A stretch of DNA of 49,784 bases, from assembly GCA_019118985.1 (NCBI GenBank), contig DWXX01000080.1, positions 1 to 49,784 on the forward strand. The letters run 5' to 3'. A program made the translations under genes and the position numbers. Of the stretch, positions 44,565-49,784 are shown in pieces. Source of the DNA: Candidatus Faecalibacterium faecipullorum (lineage in GTDB: Bacteria; Bacillota; Clostridia; Oscillospirales; Ruminococcaceae). The first letter of the stretch is position 1. Each line of letters begins with the position of its first letter. Below the pieces are notes generated by a model. That model worked only from the letters and a program-made list of their open reading frames with translations, was not told the DNA's origin and ran no database searches.

Positions 44565-46307
44565 ATGGCACTGGATGCCGCTACATTGGCGCTGACGGCG
44601 GCCGAACTGGGCCGCGTGGTGACCGACGCCAAGATCGCAAAGATATTTGAGCCCACAAGGGACGAGCTGGTCCTCACCCTGCGCACCCGCACCGAGACCT
44701 ACAGCCTGCTGCTGTCGGCCCGCAGCGGGTCGGCGCGGGTCTGCCTGACCGGCGAGAGCTTTGAAAACCCCGAGACCCCGCCCTCCTTCTGCATGCTGAT
44801 GCGCAAGCACCTGACCGGCGGCCGGCTGACCGCCGTCCGGATGGAGCCGGGGGACCGCATCGTCTACTTCGACTTTCTGTGTACCAACGAGATGGGGGAC
44901 CTTGTCACCAACACCCTCTGCGCCGAGCTGATGGGCCGCTACTCCAACCTGGTTTTGGTGCAGAGCGGCCGGATCATCGACGCGCTCAAGCGGGTGGACT
45001 TTGAGGACAGCGAGATCCGGCAGCTGCTGCCGGGGCTGGCTTACACCGTGCCCCCCAAGCCCGCGCGGCCCGATTTTCTGGCGGCGAGCGGGGCGGCCAT
45101 CGTGGCGGCGGCCTGCCAGAAAGACCTGCCGGTGGCCGCGGCGCTGAGCCGGACGGTGGCGGGGGTGGGCCCGGTGGTCTGCCGCGAGGCGGCCTGGCGC
45201 GCCTTCGGCCCCGAAGAGAAGATCGCCTGCGAGCTGGACGAGGCCGGCAAGCGCCGCCTGCTGGATGCCGTCGAAGAGCTGAAGACCGAGCACGCCGCCG
45301 GCGGCGCCCCCTGCAGCGTGGCGGGCCCCGACGGCAAGCTGATCGAGTACACCTTCTTCTGCCCGCAGCAGTACGGCGCCGGGTACGAGGTGCGGCGGTG
45401 GCCCTCCTTCTGCGAGATGCTGGAGGGCTACTACGCCGAGAAAGACCGGGCCGAGCGGCTGCGCACCAAGAGCCGCGAGCTGCACAAGGCGGTGCACAAT
45501 ATGTACGAGCGGGCCGTCCGCAAGCAGGCCGCCCGCAAAGAGGAACTGGCCGCCAGCGAAAAGAGCGAGCAGCTGCGGCTGTACGGCGAGCTGCTGTCGG
45601 CCAACCTCTACCGCGCCGAGAAGGGGATGAAGAGCATCACCGTCCCCAACTGGTACGACGGCACCGAGGCGACCATCCCCCTCGACGTCCGCTACACCCC
45701 CAGCCAGAACGCCCAGAACTACTTCAAGAGCTACAAGAAAAAGCAGACCGCCGCCCGGATGCTGGCCGGCCTGCTGGAAGAGGGCGAAAAGGAGATCGCC
45801 TACCTCGAGACCGTCCTCTATGAGGTGGAGAGCGCCCCCGGCGAGGCCGCCCTCAACGAGATACGGGCCGAGCTGAAAAGCCAGGGCTACCTGAAATACT
45901 ATAAGCCCCGGGACAAAAAGCAGCGCCCCGCCGACTTCTATCGCTACACCTCCTCGGACGGGTTCGAAATCTTGGTGGGGCGCAACAACCTCCAGAACGA
46001 CCGGCTGACCCTGCACACCGCCCGCGGCAAGGACCTGTGGTTCCACACCAAAAACGCCCCTGGCAGCCACACGGTGGTGCTGAGCGGCGGCCGGGACATC
46101 CCCGACCGCACCCGCGAGGAGGCCGCCCAGCTGGCGGTGCTGCACTCCAGCCAGGCGAAGGGGGTCAAGGTGGCGGTGGACTACACCGAAGTGAAGAACA
46201 TCCGCAAGACCGCCGGCCTCAAGCCGGGCATGGTGCTGTACGACCAATACGAGACAGCCTACATCACCCCCGACCCCGCCCTGGCCGAACGGCTGCGGAA
46301 GAAATGA
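44565..46307 (+). CDS. rqcH: Ribosome quality control protein RqcH (NFACT / fibronectin-binding protein A family)
   Basis: MALD, PP.FCMLMRKHL, DRI, ELMGRYSN, GELLSAN, NAQNYFK.YKK, VGRNN.QND.LT, WFHTK..PGSH. Confidence 0.93.
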   Translation: MALDAATLALTAAELGRVVTDAKIAKIFEPTRDELVLTLRTRTETYSLLLSARSGSARVCLTGESFENPETPPSFCMLMRKHLTGGRLTAVRMEPGDRIVYFDFLCTNEMGDLVTNTLCAELMGRYSNLVLVQSGRIIDALKRVDFEDSEIRQLLPGLAYTVPPKPARPDFLAASGAAIVAAACQKDLPVAAALSRTVAGVGPVVCREAAWRAFGPEEKIACELDEAGKRRLLDAVEELKTEHAAGGAPCSVAGPDGKLIEYTFFCPQQYGAGYEVRRWPSFCEMLEGYYAEKDRAERLRTKSRELHKAVHNMYERAVRKQAARKEELAASEKSEQLRLYGELLSANLYRAEKGMKSITVPNWYDGTEATIPLDVRYTPSQNAQNYFKSYKKKQTAARMLAGLLEEGEKEIAYLETVLYEVESAPGEAALNEIRAELKSQGYLKYYKPRDKKQRPADFYRYTSSDGFEILVGRNNLQNDRLTLHTARGKDLWFHTKNAPGSHTVVLSGGRDIPDRTREEAAQLAVLHSSQAKGVKVAVDYTEVKNIRKTAGLKPGMVLYDQYETAYITPDPALAERLRKK

Positions 46308-46382
46308 ATTTTGTGCCGACGTGTTTCTGCTGTGCATAAGTCAGAGCGGTGGTAATATGATGAGCGGAAGGAGGCGTCCAAG

Positions 46383-47831
46383 ATGACATTTTCCAAGATC
46401 GATCCGTCGCTCTCGGCTGAGAAGCTGAGATCAATGCCGGAAGGCCAGTTCTTTGACCGAAAAAGCGCCCGTCTGGCGGCGAAAGATTTTGCCCATCAGC
46501 TCTCGGCGTTCGCAAATGCGTCGGGCGGACTGATCGCAATGGGGATAGAGGATGACGGCTGCTTTACAGGCGTTTGCACCGAGAAGGAAAATGAATTTCG
46601 CCAGGCTGCGTTTGACTATCTGCAGTTGCCTCCAGACTATCAGGTGGAGATGGTGCCCTGCACACTGGACAATGGCGAGAGCGGCCGGCTGATGCTTTTT
46701 CATGTCGCACCCAGTGCAAATGAAATCATAAAAATGAAGAATGGGGAGGCGTATCTGCGCGTAGGGGATGCGACCCGCAAACTGAACGCAGAAACGCTCG
46801 CCGCGCTGGAATACTCCAAGGGGATCAAAAGCTACGAATCGCGCCTGATCGACGACGCCACACTGGACGATCTGGATGCAGATCTAATTCGTCAGTATAC
46901 CGAGCGGTTGAATGTATCCGCAAGTTCTGCATTGGATGTCTTGAAAGGACGCGGTCTGATCCGGGAAAAGGACGGACAGCTCAAAATCACCGTTGCGGCA
47001 GTACTTCTGTTTGGAAAATGCCCGACGCAGTATCTGCCGGGAGCGCGGGTCCGTTTCCTTCGCTATGAAGGGACGACTGCACAGGTGGGTGAACGGTTCA
47101 ACCTGATCAAAGACATAACGCTGGAGAAGGCGCTGCCATTGACCGTAGGCGAGAGCCGTATCCTGCTGGAATCGCAGATGCGGGAATTTCAGCGACTGGA
47201 TCGGGACGGTGTTTTTCGTAAAATTCCGGAGTACCCGTCTTTTGCCTGGATGGAAGGGATCGTCAATGCTGTGACCCACAGGGATTATTCGCTGCAAGGG
47301 GACTACATTCGCGTTGTCATGTATGATGACCGGCTCGAAATTTCCAGTCCCGGGCGCCTGCCGAGCATCGTTACGGTGGATAACATCCAGAACACCCGCT
47401 TTTCCCGCAATCCCCTCATCGCACGGGTGCTTGGCGACTTTGGGTATGTGCGCGAGCTGAACGAAGGAGTCAAGCGCATCTATACGGATATGGAGTCCTA
47501 TTTCCTTGATCCGCCTGTTTTCAGCGAGCCAAATTACAACACAGTGCTGCTTGTGCTGAAGAACAACATCGCTGCGCGATCGCTGCGCAGGCTTGAGTCG
47601 CAGCAGGTTCAGCAGTACTGGAAAGAGTTGGAGCCTTTGGACAGGGAACTGGTTTTCTATATTGCCAATCTGGATAAATGTACCCCCCGCGTTTTGATCG
47701 AGACGACAGGAAAATCGCGCCCCACCATTCTGCAGCACTTGAAAAAGATGGTCGCGCAGGGAATCCTGACAGAACATGCCACCTCGTTAAAAGACCCCAG
47801 AAAGTACTATACTTTGCAGGCGGCAAAATGA
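46383..47831 (+). CDS. Schlafen/AlbA_2 + HATPase_c_4 + winged-HTH protein (often labelled ATP-dependent DNA helicase RecG-like)
   Basis: EGQFFDRKS, SAFANASGG.I.MGIEDDG, AYLRVGD (AlbA_2); EGIVNAVTHRDY, DRLEISSPG, SRNP.IA..L, VRELNEG (HATPase_c_4); C-terminal HTH. Many A/T-ending codons, unlike its neighbours. Confidence 0.85.
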   Translation: MTFSKIDPSLSAEKLRSMPEGQFFDRKSARLAAKDFAHQLSAFANASGGLIAMGIEDDGCFTGVCTEKENEFRQAAFDYLQLPPDYQVEMVPCTLDNGESGRLMLFHVAPSANEIIKMKNGEAYLRVGDATRKLNAETLAALEYSKGIKSYESRLIDDATLDDLDADLIRQYTERLNVSASSALDVLKGRGLIREKDGQLKITVAAVLLFGKCPTQYLPGARVRFLRYEGTTAQVGERFNLIKDITLEKALPLTVGESRILLESQMREFQRLDRDGVFRKIPEYPSFAWMEGIVNAVTHRDYSLQGDYIRVVMYDDRLEISSPGRLPSIVTVDNIQNTRFSRNPLIARVLGDFGYVRELNEGVKRIYTDMESYFLDPPVFSEPNYNTVLLVLKNNIAARSLRRLESQQVQQYWKELEPLDRELVFYIANLDKCTPRVLIETTGKSRPTILQHLKKMVAQGILTEHATSLKDPRKYYTLQAAK

Positions 47832-47848
47832 GATGCGGATCACTCGCC

Positions 47849-47978
47849 TACTCTAAAATTCTGCAAACGAACTCTAAACAGAACAATAGGCGATTTATCA
47901 AGATCAAAAGCCGACTCCGCTCCGTCTGCCTTGTGCGGCGGAGCGGTTTACTCTAAAATGCTCTAAAAAACACTAAAG
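47849..47978 (+). repeat. Cluster of CTCTAAA direct repeats around a GC hairpin
   Basis: CTCTAAA at 47851, 47872, 47951, 47961 and CACTAAA at 47971; TACTCTAAAAT exact at 47849 and 47949; CCGCTCCG...CGGAGCGG hairpin between them. Confidence 0.7.
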
Positions 47979-48055
47979 TCTGTTTGGTACAGCTGCAGCA
48001 AGGGGCGGCGCCAAAAAATGAGCGAAATTTTTATAAATCCTGCACAAATTTCTAC

Positions 48056-48173
48056 TTGCGCTGTGGCTGCGGGTATCGTATCATAGAAAGGCGGCGGGCG
48101 GCAAAAACCCGCGCAAAAAAGTTTGATTTTTTTCAAAAAAGGGCTTGCAAAACGGCCGCAGGTATGGTAAACT
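48056..48173 (+). promoter_or_regulatory. Tandem SigA promoters of the S10 operon
   Basis: TTGCGC-17-TATCAT (48056-48084) and TTGCAA-17-TAAACT with TG extension (48145-48173). Confidence 0.7.
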
Positions 48174-48230
48174 ATTTGTCGGCTGCAAGGGGCTTGTGCG
48201 ATACAAGTCGTGCAGGCCGCGATATGCGTT

Positions 48231-48310
48231 GATGCGGGAGGTTGCCGCACGGCAGATAGCCGATGCGGGTTATTTCCGCGGAGTATGTCCGATCTTTGAA
48301 CCGGGCGAAA
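48231..48310 (+). ncRNA. S10 (rpsJ) ribosomal-protein leader RNA
   Basis: GATGCGGGAGGTTGCC...ATTTCCGCGGAGTATGTCCG...CGGGCGAAA resembles the conserved Bacillota rpsJ leader (recognised from memory, not searched); lies in the 5' UTR of rpsJ. Confidence 0.65.
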
Positions 48311-48514
48311 GAATTACTGTGAGTGAAGGGATATGTCCCCCGCCGCCATGCGGCTGCGCCGGACCAATGTCTGCCTGTCTTTGCTAGAATCTCTTTCCGG
48401 GAAAACTGCGTGGCGGTTTACCGGCTTTTCTAATGCGAAGATGTGAGACACCCGGAGCAGTGTGCAGTGATTGATCGAGTTGCCCAACTACACATTATTA
48501 GGAGGCACAACCAA

Positions 48515-48826
48515 ATGGCAGTCAAGGAAAAAATCAGAATCCGTCTTCAGAGCTACGATGTCCAGCTGATCGATGCGGCGGCAGAGAAGATCGTTGAGAC
48601 CGCGAAGCGCACCGGCGCCCGCGTGTCCGGCCCCATCCCCCTGCCCACCGACCGTGAGGTGGTCACCGTGCTGCGTGCGACCCACAAGTACAAGGACAGC
48701 CGCGAGCAGTTCGAGAGCCGCACCCACAAGCGCCTGATCGACATTCTGAAGCCGTCCAACAAGACGGTCGAGGCTCTGATGAGCCTCCAGCTCCCCGCTG
48801 GCGTGGACATCGAGATCAAGCTGTAA
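48515..48826 (+). CDS. rpsJ: 30S ribosomal protein S10
   Basis: [48 protein letters not shown]; SD AGGAGG. Confidence 0.98.
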   Translation: MAVKEKIRIRLQSYDVQLIDAAAEKIVETAKRTGARVSGPIPLPTDREVVTVLRATHKYKDSREQFESRTHKRLIDILKPSNKTVEALMSLQLPAGVDIEIKL

Positions 48827-48916
48827 CAAGCACGGATCGATGCCCTCGTTTCCCGAGGGGTCATGTTGGCGGTGACGTGCGCCGCCAACCAATAACCTTT
48901 ACAGGAGGAAAAGAAA

Positions 48917-49549
48917 ATGGTTAAAGGCATTATCGGCAAAAAGGTCGGTATGACCCAGCTGTTTGACGAAAATGGCAAGGTCATCCCTGTGACCGTCATC
49001 GAGGCAGGCCCCTGCACCGTGGTGCAGAAGAAGACTGTCGAGAGCGACGGCTATCAGGCTGTCCAGCTTGGCTTTGGCGAGGTTTCCGCCAAGAAGGTCA
49101 ACAAGGCAGCAGCAGGCCACTTCAAGAAGGCCAACGTGGCCCCCAAGAAGACTCTCCGCGAGTTCCGCCTCGAGGACGTGTCCGGTCTGAATGTGGGCGA
49201 TGTGATCAAGGCTGACGTCTTCGCCGCTGGCGATAAGGTGGACGTGGCCGGCATCTCCAAGGGCAAGGGCTACCAGGGCGTCATCAAGCGCTACGGCCAG
49301 CACCGCCTGCGCGAGAGCCACGGCACCGGCCCCGTTGCACGGCATGCAGGTTCCAACGGCTCGACCTCGACCCCCAGCCGCGTTTATCCCGGCAAGCGCC
49401 TGCCCGGCCACATGGGCTTTGTGCGGGTCACCGTGCAGAACCTGACGGTGGTCAAGGTGGATACCGAGAACAATCTGATCGCTGTCAAGGGTGCAGTGCC
49501 CGGCACTAAGGGCACCATCATCACCCTGGCCAACAGCGTGAAGGCCTAA
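48917..49549 (+). CDS. rplC: 50S ribosomal protein L3
   Basis: [45 protein letters not shown]. Confidence 0.98.
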   Translation: MVKGIIGKKVGMTQLFDENGKVIPVTVIEAGPCTVVQKKTVESDGYQAVQLGFGEVSAKKVNKAAAGHFKKANVAPKKTLREFRLEDVSGLNVGDVIKADVFAAGDKVDVAGISKGKGYQGVIKRYGQHRLRESHGTGPVARHAGSNGSTSTPSRVYPGKRLPGHMGFVRVTVQNLTVVKVDTENNLIAVKGAVPGTKGTIITLANSVKA

Positions 49550-49563
49550 GGAGGAAAGCTACA

Positions 49564-49784
49564 ATGGCAAAATTTGACGTAGTCGATCGGAACGGCAAAA
49601 AGGTCAGCGAGATCGAGCTTTCCGACGCCGTGTTCGGCATCACCCCGAACGAGAAGGCTGTTCACATCGCAGTCGTGAACTTCCTGGCCAACCAGCGCCA
49701 GGGCACCCAGAACACCAAGATCCGCAAGGAAGTCTCGGGCGGCGGCAAGAAGCCCTGGCGCCAGAAGGGCACCGGCCACGCCCG
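49564..49784 (+). CDS. rplD: 50S ribosomal protein L4, partial (runs off the window)
   Basis: [29 protein letters not shown]...[31 protein letters not shown]. Confidence 0.97.
   Translation, partial: MAKFDVVDRNGKKVSEIELSDAVFGITPNEKAVHIAVVNFLANQRQGTQNTKIRKEVSGGGKKPWRQKGTGHA

Noticed and set aside
46383-47831. RecG helicase call
   Set aside because: No SF2 helicase motifs (Walker A, DExH) are present; the domains are AlbA_2, HATPase_c_4 and HTH.

Overview
High-GC chromosomal segment of an anaerobic Bacillota organism. Gene content and order suggest a gut Oscillospiraceae/Ruminococcaceae such as Gemmiger, Subdoligranulum or Faecalibacterium (inference). It is mostly core genome: an amino-acid ABC transporter, gltX, spoIIE, a complete rnfCDGEAB operon, queH, purA, degV, tRNA-Val(GAC), ruvCAB-glmM-methyltransferase-ecfA1A2T-truA-DUF5711-cvpA-Clp ATPase, a six-gene minus-strand cluster (TatA-like/beta-propeller fusion, UPF0340, yggS, ABC exporter, pectinesterase, small membrane peptide), a two-component system, small membrane proteins including a poly-Ser one, tmcAL/ackA, zinc-ribbon/DUF1858/trmK/Nif3/rqcH, and the start of the S10 ribosomal operon. 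Accessory signals lie at the two ends. At the left is a BRO-N (phage antirepressor-type) gene, missed by the ORF track, preceded by a 119-bp imperfect palindrome built from 9-bp-period GTAC boxes. At the right is a lower-GC Schlafen/AlbA_2-HATPase-wHTH gene followed by CTCTAAA direct repeats. Other notable non-coding signals are a 16-bp motif shared at identical spacing by the rnf and ackA promoters, a degenerate CIRCE upstream of cvpA-Clp, and a sigE/sigK-like promoter in front of the poly-Ser gene. No CRISPR array, integrase, transposase or rRNA was seen. All calls come from reading the sequence and recognising motifs; no searches were run.
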